From positions 145,591-209,590 of the forward strand of contig CATOSB010000012.1 in NCBI GenBank assembly GCA_951812305.1: a stretch of DNA of 64,000 bases, in the 5' to 3' direction. Shown here one piece after another: positions 12,383 to 25,050 of the stretch. The first letter of the stretch is position 1, and every line of letters starts with the position of its first letter. This DNA comes from an uncultured Rhodobacteraceae bacterium. Its GTDB lineage: Bacteria > Pseudomonadota > Alphaproteobacteria > Rhodobacterales > Rhodobacteraceae. The position numbers were made by a program, and so were the translations under genes. A model generated the notes under the pieces. That model was not told where the DNA came from, did not search any database, and was given only the letters and a program-made list of their open reading frames with translations.

Positions 12383-15017
12383 CTACGCGGACAGTGACGA
12401 CAGTAAAACCATCGCCTCATACCCATGCAATTCAGGGCTCGCGATCCTTGTGTGACGCGGCAGATCCGTTGGCGCTATGCCTGACAGTGCTGATGTCGCC
12501 AAGCGCATCGGATCGTCGGCCAATGTACCGATGAAATAACTTTCGCCCCAGGTTCCGCAAACCGACACCACGACATGGGCATCCAATAACAGATGGACAT
12601 ACCTAACTGTTGCCGCGCCTGTCCGTCGTTTAGGGGAAGAAATTTTGGCCAAATGCCGCGCTTCGACAAGAACGGAGTCCGACCCGAACAGATATTCCGC
12701 ATCTGCGCCCGACACTAACAAACGATGATCCGGCGCGACGAGAAGATCACGGTCCAGACCAAAGAACGGTTTTTGCAGGAGAACCGGTGCGAAAGGTAAC
12801 TCCCAAGCACCCCCCACGTTTGAGTGTTATTGTCAGTTTTATGGTGAGTCGAATTTGCCATTTTGCGCGTGTTTTTTTCTTTCTTGTCTGAATTCTGTGG
12901 CGCCGGGTTGATTTCTCTGAATCAGTGGTGGGATGGATCAGGTTGCCGCCCTTGAACAACTTCTCGCCACGGCTCTGCGTCGGATCGCTGAGCTTGAAGC
13001 TGCGTTGGCGAGCATGGCGGAAGAGATCACGGACCTGCGCCGACAGTTGGCCAAGAACAGCAGCAATAGCAGCAAGCCCCCTTCAAGTGATGGCCTGAAG
13101 AAGCCAGCCCCGCGCAGCCTGCGTGGCAAATCCGGAAAGAAAAGTGGCGGCCAAGTTGGCCACCGGGGCGACACCCTGCGCCAGACGTCAACACCCGACT
13201 TTGTCGAACGGCATGAGGCGACGCATTGCAGCGCCTGTCAGAGCGCCCTGACGGCGGAGATGGTGAAAGGGATCGAGAAGCGTCAGGTGTTCGACTTGCC
13301 TGCGCCACGCCTGGAGGTCACCGAGCATCAGGCGGCGGTTTATTGTTGCGACCATTGTCGAGCCACGACGACGGCTGGCTTTCCCGATGGCGTGGCCGCG
13401 CATGTGCAATATGGCACGCGCATGCGGGCAGTGGCGGTCTATTGCAATGTTCAGCAGCTGATACCCGAGGATCGGGTCTGCCAGCTTATGCGCGACCTGT
13501 TTGGGGCCACCAGCTTGTGCGCGGCCAGCGTGACCAACTGGACGCGCGGCGCGGCAAATAAGATGGGTGTCGTGGTTGAACACATTCTCGCCCGGCTTGC
13601 CGAAGGCGGCGTTCGGCATCTGGACGAGACCGGACTTCGTGTTGCCGGCAAGCTGCACTGGCTGCACACGATCTGCGATACCGCCTTCACCCATTACCGC
13701 ATCAGCGCCAAACGCGGTGCTGTTCCAACCTTCCTGACCGGCGGGACGATCATTCATGATCACTGGAAACCCTACTACGCCCATATGAGCGGAGTGGACG
13801 CCCACGCCCTCTGCGGGGCGCATCACTTGCGCGAACTCAAGGCCATCGAAGAGATCGAAAAAGAGCCTTGGGCGACGGAGATGAGCGCAGTGCTTCATAG
13901 CGCCAATCAGCTCAGATGCGCGGCTCAGGATCAAGGCGAGACCGAACTCCCGGAACTGGTTCGCCAGGGTATAGTCACCAGATACATGGCGATCCTCGCC
14001 AAGGGGCTCGCCTTCCACGAACGCCAGCCCCCGCTGGCCAAAAGCCCCGGCACCCGCGGCCGAAAAGCCAGGCGGCCAGGCCACAACCTGCTCCTCCGCC
14101 TGCGTGACTACCGCGATGACGTTTTGCGATTCATCGCCGACTTCGCGGTCCCATTCACAAACAATCAGGCCGAACAGGACCTGCGCATGATGAAGCTGCG
14201 CATGAAAATCTCGGGCACCTTCCGCACCCTCGAGGGCGCGCGGGTCTTCGCCGACATCAGGTCCGTCATCTCGACGGCCAGAAAACACCGGTTCAACATC
14301 CTGGAAATCCTGACCCTGTCACCACCTCAGATCATCGCACGGCTCTGACGGAACAAAACCCCGCAACCCTATCGGACAGGGTGCTTGGGAGTTACTGCGA
14401 ATGAACCAATGGCCGGAACTTCAAAGGAGGCGACGCGCCGTACCGGCTGCATCCCGTGTTCGGATGTCTGCACCAGATCGCCGGTGGCCAGTGACTCCAC
14501 TGGTCGAGGGCCAAGCGAAGTTTCGATTGGCGTGCCCGCCACGAATCCACCCTTCAAGCCGACCGGCGCAACCCCGTCGCATATTGCCATCAATGTTATA
14601 CCCGGATCCAGGTTTACGCCGTCGCCGTCGACAGTCAGCGCATGTAGGTCGGCCAGGGGCCAGGGGCTCGGATCCTCAAGCACTTTTTGACCGATCACGC
14701 CGGTATCGAGGTTTTCGACTGTCAGAATACCGATCCGGCTCGGTGCATCCCAGGAAAGGGTAACGCGGAGGTTTTCGTCCCGTTCGGGTTTTTCGAATTT
14801 CACCAATCCATAGCTGACCAGATCGCCCTGCTGATGTTCGATGAACAGGTCGCCCTTGGCGCCCAGGGTCATGCGAAACTTTCGCCGCCATTTGTCGAAT
14901 CGATCAAGGATCAAAACGTCCTGTCGCTGGTCTGAATTTGCATTGAACGGCAATTCCAACAACAGCGACCCCGTCGCAAGCAATCCGCCGTCGGGCAATT
15001 GCGAAATGTCTAAATCG
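12383..15017 (-). pseudogene. Hint-domain protein split by IS66, 5' end cut by IS982
   Basis: GFVAGTPIETSLGPRPVESLATGDLVQT and YVHLLLDAH...GESY Hint_2 motifs; frame rejoins across the IS66 site (GSFA|PVLL). Confidence 0.82.
12796..14395 (+). mobile_element. IS66-family element (single 471-aa transposase, 12933-14348)
   Basis: IRs GTAACTCCCAAGCACCC; 8-bp flanks TGCGAAAG/TGCGAATG (7/8); NSS.PPSSD, zinc finger, DETG, CGAHHLRE, TNNQAE motifs. Confidence 0.95.
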
Positions 15018-16193
15018 ACCTGAGTTCTGGATAAGCGCTATATCTGGTATTCGACCTGCCTGATTGTTTCCGGCACGGTTATGGGTCCCATTTTAACTTT
15101 GGTTTTCCCGAGCATATAGGCTGCGACACACGAGATGAGGTGTACGAATGCGTTGGCAGGCGATCTGTGTCGAGTGTGTTCCAGTCCCATGCTGGTTTTC
15201 AACTTATCGAACAGAGTTTCGATGATGAACCGCCTTCGCAACAGGATTTTGTTCAGGATTGGCAGGAGATAGTTTTTCATGTTGCGGCGAATGCCGGTGA
15301 CGAGGTGGAGCCCACGCTGCCAGAGCCGTTGGAAGAGGGATTTGGAGATATAGCCCTTATCAGCAAATATTTTGCCTTCGGGGCCCGCGATCATGGCTTC
15401 AAACGGCTTTCGATCATCGACATTACCTGCCGTGATTTTGACGGCCATGATCTCCCCCTTGTTGTTGATGATTAGATGCAGTTTGAAGCCAAAGAACCAG
15501 CCCATTGTGCTGCGACCGCGCTTTGCCAGCCCCTTGAAGACCTTGTTTCGATTAATGCGGGCATTGTGGCAGACCGCGAGCTTAGTGCTGTCGGCAAAAT
15601 AGACGCCGGTTTTTTCACCGCTGAAGCAGTGCAGCAGTATGCAAAACGGCACCATTAATCTTGGCATGAGGCTGACAAACCGACCATAGCTCGGGAGGGT
15701 GCCAAAGCAGTCACGGTATTTCTGCTCAACGCCATAAATCCAATAATGTTTGAAGTCCTTGAACGGCGACAAGTGAAACAAGACCATGATGAACAGGCTC
15801 TCCCCCAGGGTCAGCTTGCCGGAGCGAAGCCTCTGACGACCCGAGGGGATCAACCGGTGGCGCTCCCAGTCCTCGTAGGTTTTTGCAAAATCATCGAGAC
15901 AGACAAAAAGTGCGGTGTTAGTGATCGACATGAGTGGCGGTCCATATTGTGTCGCTTTTGAACCTTGAATCATGGGGCAACGTACTTGGAAACCCCTCTC
16001 ACCCCATACTAATCACGGGGGCATTCAGGCTGGTCAACACGGGGCAAAAGGTGCGCGCCATGGAGAACAACTTCCCAATCAACGAAGATCTCGCTTATGA
16101 GAAGATCCGGGACCTCATGTTCGACATGATGGAAGAGGACCCCAACCGTTTCTACGCCCTCACGGATAAGCTCAATGAACTGGCTGCGCTCCC
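15018..16193 (-). mobile_element. IS982-family element with passenger ORF, truncated by IS4-like copy 2
   Basis: End ACCTGAGTTCTGGATAAG; transposase 15038-15973 ([23 protein letters not shown]); passenger ORF from 16060 cut at 16193. Confidence 0.9.
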
Positions 16194-17383
16194 CTTACCA
16201 CCCTTCAATTTAGCCAGACATCCCAGAGCTTGGGGATTTTGGCATAACCTGCGAGGCATCGTCGGATAGCACGAAGGCCTGTCTTGAAGAGAGAGCATAA
16301 GGACCTTCGGGCTTTTCGAATCCCCTTTTTTCGCCGCGTATTGCGACGTGGTGCTCTTCGTTTGCTCCGGTTGAAACAGCCCAGTACATGGCGATTGCCA
16401 GCACCAAAATGAGGCGGGCCAATCGATCCGGCTTTTTGATCTGGCTTTGAGTAATTTCAAAGCCCCGGGTTTTGAAGTCGGAGAACATGGCTTCAATTCC
16501 CCAACGCATTCCATAATCGAGCACCTTGTACTCGGACGGTGCTGCATTCATGGCAATAATCCAAGGCTCTTTGTGCCCCTCCTCGTGAAGCACTCCAATG
16601 TTGCTAAAGACGCCCGTTCCGTAAAGCTCAGCGTTTACAAGCCCTTCGGGCATCAGTTGGGCAATTTCGCGCGTCATCATCTCGCCACCCTGATGTTGCA
16701 GTGTGATATTTCCCTTCATGCGCAGCCGGTAGTCCCATCCAGCCTCCTGGCACCATGCGACCAATCGGGCGGTTCCATAAAACCGATCTCCCGCCAGCAA
16801 CACACGCGCATCCGCCGGGAGCCATGGGCGGACTGCTTCCAAAAGCTCATGTTGCACGCGCCATCCAATCGGCCCTTTGGTCTGGCGTACACGCCAGGCG
16901 ACCGGGAGGGCCCGATCCCGCATCCGCACCGATAACATCAAAACCTCATGCCCTTCGTTGAGCTTGCTTTGATCAAGGGCCACCACAATCGTTTCTCCGG
17001 CCTCACACTGGCGGCGGAAAATTTCACCAACATAGGCCTGCATGATCTCATCAGTATCGATGTGAGGATTGCCCAGAACCCGCGAAATGTATTGATAGCG
17101 GTGGTCCACAGAGCCGATATCGCGGGGCAGAGCAGCCGCATTTTCCATCAGATTGACGCTGCGCGTGTTCAAAATCACGCTTGCTATGATGCACAATCCC
17201 TCCCGGCGCGACTTGTGATACCCGAGCAAGCGGTCCTGAAAATCCGCCTCAACCTTCGAATAAAGCTCTGAAAAACAAACATTTCCCAACAAACCAGCCT
17301 CCAATATCAGCAGTGGAGACTCCTTGAATCACACAGATCAGACAAACGTCAAATCAGATCCGGAAATTTTGAAGGGTGGTAAG
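16194..17383 (-). mobile_element. IS4-like element, copy 2 (no TSD; deletion/recombination junction)
   Basis: Same IRs and 1190-bp length as other copies; flanks TGCGCTCCC vs GCCAGCTGG do not match. Confidence 0.92.
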
Positions 17384-19196
17384 GCCAGCTGGTCTATTTT
17401 GCGCATGTACCGAAATGCGCAGGTTCTACGATCGAGGAATATCTGACGGGCCGGTTTGGAAACTCTCTGGGTTTCTTGGATCGCGGTTTTCTGCGGCTTC
17501 CTAAATCAGACCGCTGGAATCGCAGTTCTCCGCAGCATGTGGATGCCGCGACGCTGGACCGGCTTATACCAAGGGTTATTCAATCTGACCGACTTTCGCC
17601 CAGTTGCGGCTTGCGATGGATGTGATGGTTTGCGGTCTTGCGATGAGGTTGTTCCAGGCCTCGCACCCCGCGTCGAGAATCGCGTCATATGTGTCGAACG
17701 TCCGGTTTGCGAGCCATGTCTGGCGGAGATATTGCCAAATGTTTTCGGTTGGATTCAGCTCTGGTGATTTGGGCGGCAGAAACATGAGCGACAGGTTTTG
17801 CGGGATTTCCAGAGCGGATGTCGTGTGCCAGCCGGCTTGGTCCATGAGGATGACGGCGTGGGCGCCATCGGAGACAATTTTGCTGATTTCTTCCAGGTGG
17901 CGCTGCATCGCATAGGTGTCGGCTGCTGGCATCATGATCGCCGCGCCGGTGCCGCGTTCGGGGCAGATGGCGCCAAAAAGATACGCATTTTGGTAACGCT
18001 GATCGGCGGGCTGGCGGGGCCGTGTGCCCTTGCGTGCCCACTGGCGGACGCGGGTGTTCTTCTGACCGAGACGCATCTCGTCCTGGAACCAGATTTCGAC
18101 GGGTTTGTCCGGCGGCACCCCCTGAAGCGTCTCCTTCAGATTGTCGCCGAAGTTTTTTTGAAATCCTCAATGACCTGCACGTCCTGCCCCGGGTGCTGAG
18201 GGCGTGCGCTGATGTGGGAAAAGCCCAGATTGTGCAGAATCTGCCCCACATGGCGCTCGTGATAGTCGACGCCAAAACGCGCCTTGATCACATTCTTCAA
18301 ATCGACCCGCCGCCAGCGGACGACACCGTCCTTTTCAGGATCAGGACCGGTCTCGACAAGAGCCGCCAGTTCATCCAGTTGCGCATTGTCAAGGCGGGAT
18401 CGCGAGCCTCCTCGCTGCCGATCCAGCAGCCCCGCTGGACCATCAGCGTTGAAACGGAGCACCCAGTCCCTGAGCGTTTGCCGGTCCATCCCGCCAATGC
18501 GGGCCGCAGCCCCACGCGACATGCCATCGGCGATAGCGGCAAGCGACAAAAGCCGTCGGCTCTGCCGGGCATCAGAACTCTCTGCGGCAAGCTTGCGCAG
18601 ATCATTGGCGGTAAAATCGGCTCGCATCGGTATCCTGGCTGGCATCGGTGGTCTCCTTTGCCAATCTTGAATCACCTCAGCACCTCAGGCGGTACCCAAA
18701 ATCCATAGCTGAGTCATTTTGAAGCACCCTTGGTATTATTCCGGCGCATTTCTTCTCCCACCGTTTCACTGTGGTGCGTAATCCCGTAGACCGGCTTGTC
18801 AGCGTCTTCCGCTATCAGCGCGATGTTGAACGCACGATCCCATTGAAACGAACGCTGATGGATTGGCTGGGAGAGTTGGAGGTGATGCTGATACACAGGA
18901 ACTTCGCCTTCGATAACCACATCCGCCCGATGACAGAGATCGTACCTCAAGATGCGCGTGTTTTTCGACTGGAGGATGGAACGGAGGCAATCGTGGATTG
19001 GCTGGATGAACTGGCCGGTGATAAGGACGGTGCCCGAGTAATCCGGACCAGTAATTCCTATAATCAGCGCATCATGCAAAAGCGCCGCAAGCCGCGCCCG
19101 CGCCCGGTACCGACACGACGGCAATATGCGCGCATCGCCAAGCTATATGCCGCAGATTTCGAACGCTTTGGCTATGACATCAAGGGGTCGGATTGA
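17384..19196 (+). pseudogene. Sulfotransferase family 2 protein, start removed and split by IS630-B
   Basis: LVYFAHVPKCAGSTIE (5'-PSB), VVRNPVDRLVS (3'-PB), H.RP and LYAADFERFGY motifs. Confidence 0.85.
17567..18735 (-). mobile_element. IS630-family element type B, copy 1
   Basis: IRs TACCAAGGGT; TTA duplicated; orfA/orfB with A7 slippery site (FKK). Confidence 0.93.
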
Positions 19197-19297
19197 TGCG
19201 GGTTCTGATCTTTGGGGCGACCGGGCAAGTGGCGCAGGAATTGCGGCGCCGTGTTCCCCGGAATGCGACGGTTCAGGTTTTGGACCGCGCCCGGGCG
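19196..19297 (+). pseudogene. rfbD: dTDP-4-dehydrorhamnose reductase, N-terminal fragment only
   Basis: MRVLIFGATGQVAQEL...LDRA then abrupt switch to unrelated sequence. Confidence 0.65.
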
Positions 19298-19339
19298 GGT
19301 TCGCCAGTCGCCGCCACACGGTTTGCCGACGGCCCTGTC

Positions 19340-19500
19340 TCAGCTTTCGGGCGCCCCGGTCAGGAGCGACGTCGCCACCGGGATCACCGCCTCACGCAGG
19401 TCGGGAATGGCCAGCACCACCAGCGCGATCACCAGACAGGTCAGGAGCATGGTTATCAGGGCGACCCAGACCGGCCGCCGACGCGCCGCCCCTTCAAGGC
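19340..19500 (-). pseudogene. C-terminal fragment of a small membrane protein
   Basis: WVALITMLLTCLVIALVVLAIP hydrophobic helix, high GC; no clear start. Confidence 0.35.
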
Positions 19501-19518
19501 CTAGCTGGCCCGAAGCTG

Positions 19519-20892
19519 TGTGTGGACGCCTCCTGGAACGCAAGCAGAATCTTTAAGTGATTTTGGGAAATGCGGTCGAGTTCCTACGTGTGTCCGGCCT
19601 CTGATTGCGACGCTCTTGTTCGCGGGCCCTTATGGATAGTTCGAAGATCGGGTCCAAATCATATTTGCGGGGTTTCAACTCCACACAGCTTCCCTGGTTT
19701 TCCCAATCCCGTCATTCTCGACTGTTCGCCCATAATCCTCCGCTAAGATCTACCGCATTCCGGCTGACAGCTGGCTTTCCTCAGGCCGCCAACTGAACTC
19801 GATATACATCCTCGTTTTTCATCACAGCCCAAGCCATCCGGGCCATCTTGTTTGCCAGCGCGATGGCCACCAGCAGTTTGGGTTTGCGTTTCAGCATCCG
19901 GTCGAGCCACGAACCATCGGGTGCACCACCTTTTCGTTCATTGGATTGGATGACGGACATTGCTCCAGGGATGAGTAATCTTCTGGTATCTTTCTGGCCC
20001 ATCTTCGACGTTCGCCCCAGCCGGGTTTTCCCGCCTGTAGAGTTCTGTTTTGGCGTCAGGCCTGCCCAGGCGGCAAAATCCCGCCCCTTGCGAAAACTCT
20101 CACGTGGGGGTGCGAGAGATGATATTGCCATGGCGCACATGGGCCCGATTCCAGGTATGGTCATCAACCGCTGCGCATTCTCATCCATTCGGGCCGCGGC
20201 TTCGATCCGGGATGTCAGGTCATCAATCTGCCAATCCAGAATGCTCAAGTGATCGAAGAGCCGGATGCACATATTGCGCATTATCAACGGGAGTTCGGTG
20301 GTTTCGTCGTCGATAACCATAGCTTCGAGTTTTCTGATGTGGGACGGGCCCTGAGCTGCCACAATCCCATACTCGCCTAGATGACCGCGTAGTGTATTGA
20401 TGACCTGCGTGCGTTGACCGACAAACAATTCTCGCGTTTTCAATAGCATGGATCGGGATTGCTGTTCCGCCGATTTCACGGCGACAAATCTCATCCCGGC
20501 GCGCGCTGCGGCCTCCGCAATTGCTTCGGCATCAGCCATATCGTTCTTCTGTCGCTTCCTGAATGGCTTGACATATTGCGGAGGGATCAATCGAACCTCA
20601 TGTCCGAGCCGTTCGATCTCGCGGCCCCAGTGATGGGAACTGGCGCAAGCCTCCATCGCAACAAGGCAACATGTTTGCGCCGACAGAAAATCCAGAACAC
20701 ACCCGCGCCGGATTTTGCGGCGGAATACGGTAGACCCATCTGCGGTAGCTCCATGAAACTGAAACACATTCTTGGCAATATCGATCCCGATTATGCTAAC
20801 TTCCATCTTGGACGTCTCCTCTTGTAGCTGTTTTGACACCGCCACCTTGGCACAATGCGATGCCCTTGGGGGAAGAGGCGTCCACTCCATCA
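19519..20892 (-). mobile_element. IS110-family (IS1111-type) element 1
   Basis: Transposase 19781-20806 (GIDIAK, MEAC, KNDMADAEAI, GLTP...STGG); sub-terminal IRs TGGACGCCTC/GAGGCGTCCA; about 260-bp 3' non-coding region; exact ends +/-3 bp. Confidence 0.92.
19535..19780 (-). ncRNA. Putative bridge/seek RNA of IS1111 element 1
   Basis: ATCATATTTG (19658-19667) equals right junction 20889-20898; ACACAGCTTC (19683-19692) is the reverse complement of left junction 19512-19521; boundaries approximate. Confidence 0.75.
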
Positions 20893-20905
20893 TATTTGTT
20901 CTTTC

Positions 20906-23678
20906 GTAACTCCCAAGCACCCTGTCCGATAGGGTTGCGGGGTTTTGTTCCGTCAGAGCCGTGCGATGATCTGAGGTGGTGACAGGGTCAGGATTTCCAG
21001 GATGTTGAACCGGTGTTTTCTGGCCGTCGAGATGACGGACCTGATGTCGGCGAAGACCCGCGCGCCCTCGAGGGTGCGGAAGGTGCCCGAGATTTTCATG
21101 CGCAGCTTCATCATGCGCAGGTCCTGTTCGGCCTGATTGTTTGTGAATGGGACCGCGAAGTCGGCGATGAATCGCAAAACGTCATCGCGGTAGTCACGCA
21201 GGCGGAGGAGCAGGTTGTGGCCTGGCCGCCTGGCTTTTCGGCCGCGGGTGCCGGGGCTTTTGGCCAGCGGGGGCTGGCGTTCGTGGAAGGCGAGCCCCTT
21301 GGCGAGGATCGCCATGTATCTGGTGACGATACCCTGGCGAACCAGTTCCGGGAGTTCGGTCTCGCCTTGATCCTGAGCCGCGCATCTGAGCTGATTGGCG
21401 CTATGAAGCACTGCGCTCATCTCCGTCGCCCAAGGCTCTTTTTCGATCTCTTCGATGGCCTTGAGTTCGCGCAAGTGATGCGCCCCGCAGAGGGCGTGGG
21501 CGTCCACTCCGCTCATATGGGCGTAGTAGGGTTTCCAGTGATCATGAATGATCGTCCCGCCGGTCAGGAAGGTTGGAACAGCACCGCGTTTGGCGCTGAT
21601 GCGGTAATGGGTGAAGGCGGTATCGCAGATCGTGTGCAGCCAGTGCAGCTTGCCGGCAACACGAAGTCCGGTCTCGTCCAGATGCCGAACGCCGCCTTCG
21701 GCAAGCCGGGCGAGAATGTGTTCAACCACGACACCCATCTTATACCAAGGGTGCTTCAAAATGACTCAGCTATGGATTTTGGGTACCGCCTGAGGTGCTG
21801 AGGTGATTCAAGATTGGCAAAGGAGACCACCGATGCCAGCCAGGATACCGATGCGAGCCGATTTTACCGCCAATGATCTGCGCAAGCTTGCCGCAGAGAG
21901 TTCTGATGCCCGGCAGAGCCGACGGCTTTTGTCGCTTGCCGCTATCGCCGATGGCATGTCGCGTGGGGCTGCGGCCCGCATTGGCGGGATGGACCGGCAA
22001 ACGCTCAGGGACTGGGTGCTCCGTTTCAACGCTGATGGTCCAGCGGGGCTGCTGGATCGGCAGCGAGGAGGCTCGCGATCCCGCCTTGACAATGCGCAAC
22101 TGGATGAACTGGCGGCTCTTGTCGAGACCGGTCCTGATCCTGAAAAGGACGGTGTCGTCCGCTGGCGGCGGGTCGATTTGAAGAATGTGATCAAGGCGCG
22201 TTTTGGCGTCGACTATCACGAGCGCCATGTGGGGCAGATTCTGCACAATCTGGGCTTTTCCCACATCAGCGCACGCCCTCAGCACCCGGGGCAGGACGTG
22301 CAGGTCATTGAGGATTTCAAAAAAACTTCGGCGACAATCTGAAGGAGACGCTTCAGGGGGTGCCGCCGGACAAACCCGTCGAAATCTGGTTCCAGGACGA
22401 GATGCGTCTCGGTCAGAAGAACACCCGCGTCCGCCAGTGGGCACGCAAGGGCACACGGCCCCGCCAGCCCGCCGATCAGCGTTACCAAAATGCGTATCTT
22501 TTTGGCGCCATCTGCCCCGAACGCGGCACCGGCGCGGCGATCATGATGCCAGCAGCCGACACCTATGCGATGCAGCGCCACCTGGAAGAAATCAGCAAAA
22601 TTGTCTCCGATGGCGCCCACGCCGTCATCCTCATGGACCAAGCCGGCTGGCACACGACATCCGCTCTGGAAATCCCGCAAAACCTGTCGCTCATGTTTCT
22701 GCCGCCCAAATCACCAGAGCTGAATCCAACCGAAAACATTTGGCAATATCTCCGCCAGACATGGCTCGCAAACCGGACGTTCGACACATATGACGCGATT
22801 CTCGACGCGGGGTGCGAGGCCTGGAACAACCTCATCGCAAGACCGCAAACCATCACATCCATCGCAAGCCGCAACTGGGCGAAAGTCGGTCAGATTGAAT
22901 AACCCTTGGTATTATTTGCCGCGCCGCGCGTCCAGTTGGTCACGCTGGCCGCGCACAAGCTGGTGGCCCCAAACAGGTCGCGCATAAGCTGGCAGACCCG
23001 ATCCTCGGGTATCAGCTGCTGAACATTGCAATAGACCGCCACTGCCCGCATGCGCGTGCCATATTGCACATGCGCGGCCACGCCATCGGGAAAGCCAGCC
23101 GTCGTCGTGGCTCGACAATGGTCGCAACAATAAACCGCCGCCTGATGCTCGGTGACCTCCAGGCGTGGCGCAGGCAAGTCGAACACCTGACGCTTCTCGA
23201 TCCCTTTCACCATCTCCGCCGTCAGGGCGCTCTGACAGGCGCTGCAATGCGTCGCCTCATGCCGTTCGACAAAGTCGGGTGTTGACGTCTGGCGCAGGGT
23301 GTCGCCCCGGTGGCCAACTTGGCCGCCACTTTTCTTTCCGGATTTGCCACGCAGGCTGCGCGGGGCTGGCTTCTTCAGGCCATCACTTGAAGGGGGCTTG
23401 CTGCTATTGCTGCTGTTCTTGGCCAACTGTCGGCGCAGGTCCGTGATCTCTTCCGCCATGCTCGCCAACGCAGCTTCAAGCTCAGCGATCCGACGCAGAG
23501 CCGTGGCGAGAAGTTGTTCAAGGGCGGCAACCTGATCCATCCCACCACTGATTCAGAGAAATCAACCCGGCGCCACAGAATTCAGACAAGAAAGAAAAAA
23601 AACACGCGCAAAATGGCAAATTCGACTCACCATAAAACTGACAATAACACTCAAACGTGGGGGGTGCTTGGGAGTTAC
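20906..23678 (-). mobile_element. IS66-family element, copy 3, transposase interrupted by IS630-B
   Basis: Both GTAAC.. ends present; ORF halves 22890-23540 and 20953-21759; flanks GTTCTTTC vs CAAGAAAG do not match. Confidence 0.93.
21743..22911 (+). mobile_element. IS630-family element type B, copy 2 (nested in IS66)
   Basis: 1169 bp; TTA duplicated; empty site visible in the intact IS66 (GCAAATAAGATG at about 13554-13565). Confidence 0.94.
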
Positions 23679-24220
23679 CAAGAAAGCAATAATATGTCGT
23701 GGTTTCTTTGAAAATGCTTTGCTGCGTTAGTGTATTTCCCATAATTCCAAACAATCTCGTTGAGAAAATTTTCGTGCCCGAATATCCCATCCATCATCAC
23801 TTTGATGTAATGACTGGCGGTTGGGTCACAGTGCAAATAAATAGAACCAGTTGGTTTGAGTATGCCGCGCATAGGCAAAAGCCTCTGGACCATATAACTG
23901 AGATAGGCTAGCAGCCGCGGATTTGTTTTACGCAAGGCATTCATCCATATTTTCCAGAACTGGACTACATCATCATCAATGCCGTTGTGGCGCATCAAGA
24001 CGGGGATTTGCTTGATTGCCCGTTCTCGTTCCATGTCCAACGTCCATAAATCACAGAACGCTTCTATTTGGTCAGGTAATGGGCGACCTGTTTCATCCTT
24101 ATAGATCGCATTGTACCCGCGGTTTGAGTTGAACGGTGGATCGAGATAGATAAGATCGACACTACCCAGCGGCATATCCTGCATGATGGTCAGGCAGTCG
24201 CCGTAATAGAGCCGGTTCAT
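23679..24220 (-). pseudogene. Site-specific N6-adenine/N4-cytosine DNA methyltransferase, 3'-truncated by IS66
   Basis: LYYGDCL, VDLIYLDPPFNS, LKPTGSIYLHCD, FLNEIVW.Y motifs; ATGA overlap with IS1595 transposase stop. Confidence 0.88.
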
Positions 24221-25050
24221 GCGAAGCACCCCTGCATGAACGTGCCAAAAGCGTTGTCAGACTTGCGCTGATTGTATTTCCAGCAGGCTTCGGCCACATA
24301 AAGGGGCGTGTAGCACTTGCGATAATGGTGATGTGAGCCGTACCAAGCGCGTTTGAGAAGCGACCAGAATCCTTCGATTGTATTGGTGTGCGTTTCGCCA
24401 TCAACATATTCCCCGCGACTGTGATTGATCGTGGCATGTGCAATAGTTGAGCGGACAGCATTGTATGCTTTGAATTCATCGGTGATGAGCAATGAGCCTT
24501 CAGGATCAATACTGTCCCGAATGAATTTGAGAACACCTTTTCCAGTCAGATCGCTTGCGACCTTTGCAACAACTTTACCACCGCGTTCTACTGCGCCGAT
24601 CACGGGGGTCTTCTTTGTTCCGCGCCCACGCTTCGGAGGTTCGTCATCGTTCTTATTGTTCCGCTTGCGAGGCTTTCCGCCGAGATAGGTTTCATCTGCT
24701 TCGACGATACCTTGAAGCAGAATTTCGCCTTGTTTGGTCGCCATTTGGGCGCGTATCCGCTGCTGCATATACCATGCAGTGGGCTGTGTCAGATCAAGGT
24801 CGCGAGCAAGCTGACAGCTTGATAGACTTTTCTTTGCATTCACAATCAGGCCGATGGCCATGAACCATTTTTGAAGTGGAACTCTTGTCTTTTCAAAAAT
24901 GGTACCCGACAATACGTTAAAGCTGGACTTGCACCCATGACAATTCCAGCGACCGATCTTTTGCCTTTCGCTTTTGCGGGCAACGTGCGTACTTCCGCAG
25001 TGAGGGCAATGCGGGTCATCGCCCCAACGCACCCTTTCAAAATGCTCGAT

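Noticed and set aside
13188-14288. Long antisense ORFs such as 13188-14288, 50480-51331 and 53819-54916
   Set aside because: Shadow frames of GC-rich coding genes with no motifs or RBS
12788-14403. Mismatched IS66 flanks as evidence of rearrangement
   Set aside because: 7 of 8 bases match and the Hint frame rejoins across the site, so this is a simple insertion with one substitution
12383-15017. Active intein or toxin-delivery system from the Hint domain
   Set aside because: The usual N-terminal Cys is replaced (GGFVAGT) and the gene is disrupted by two IS elements
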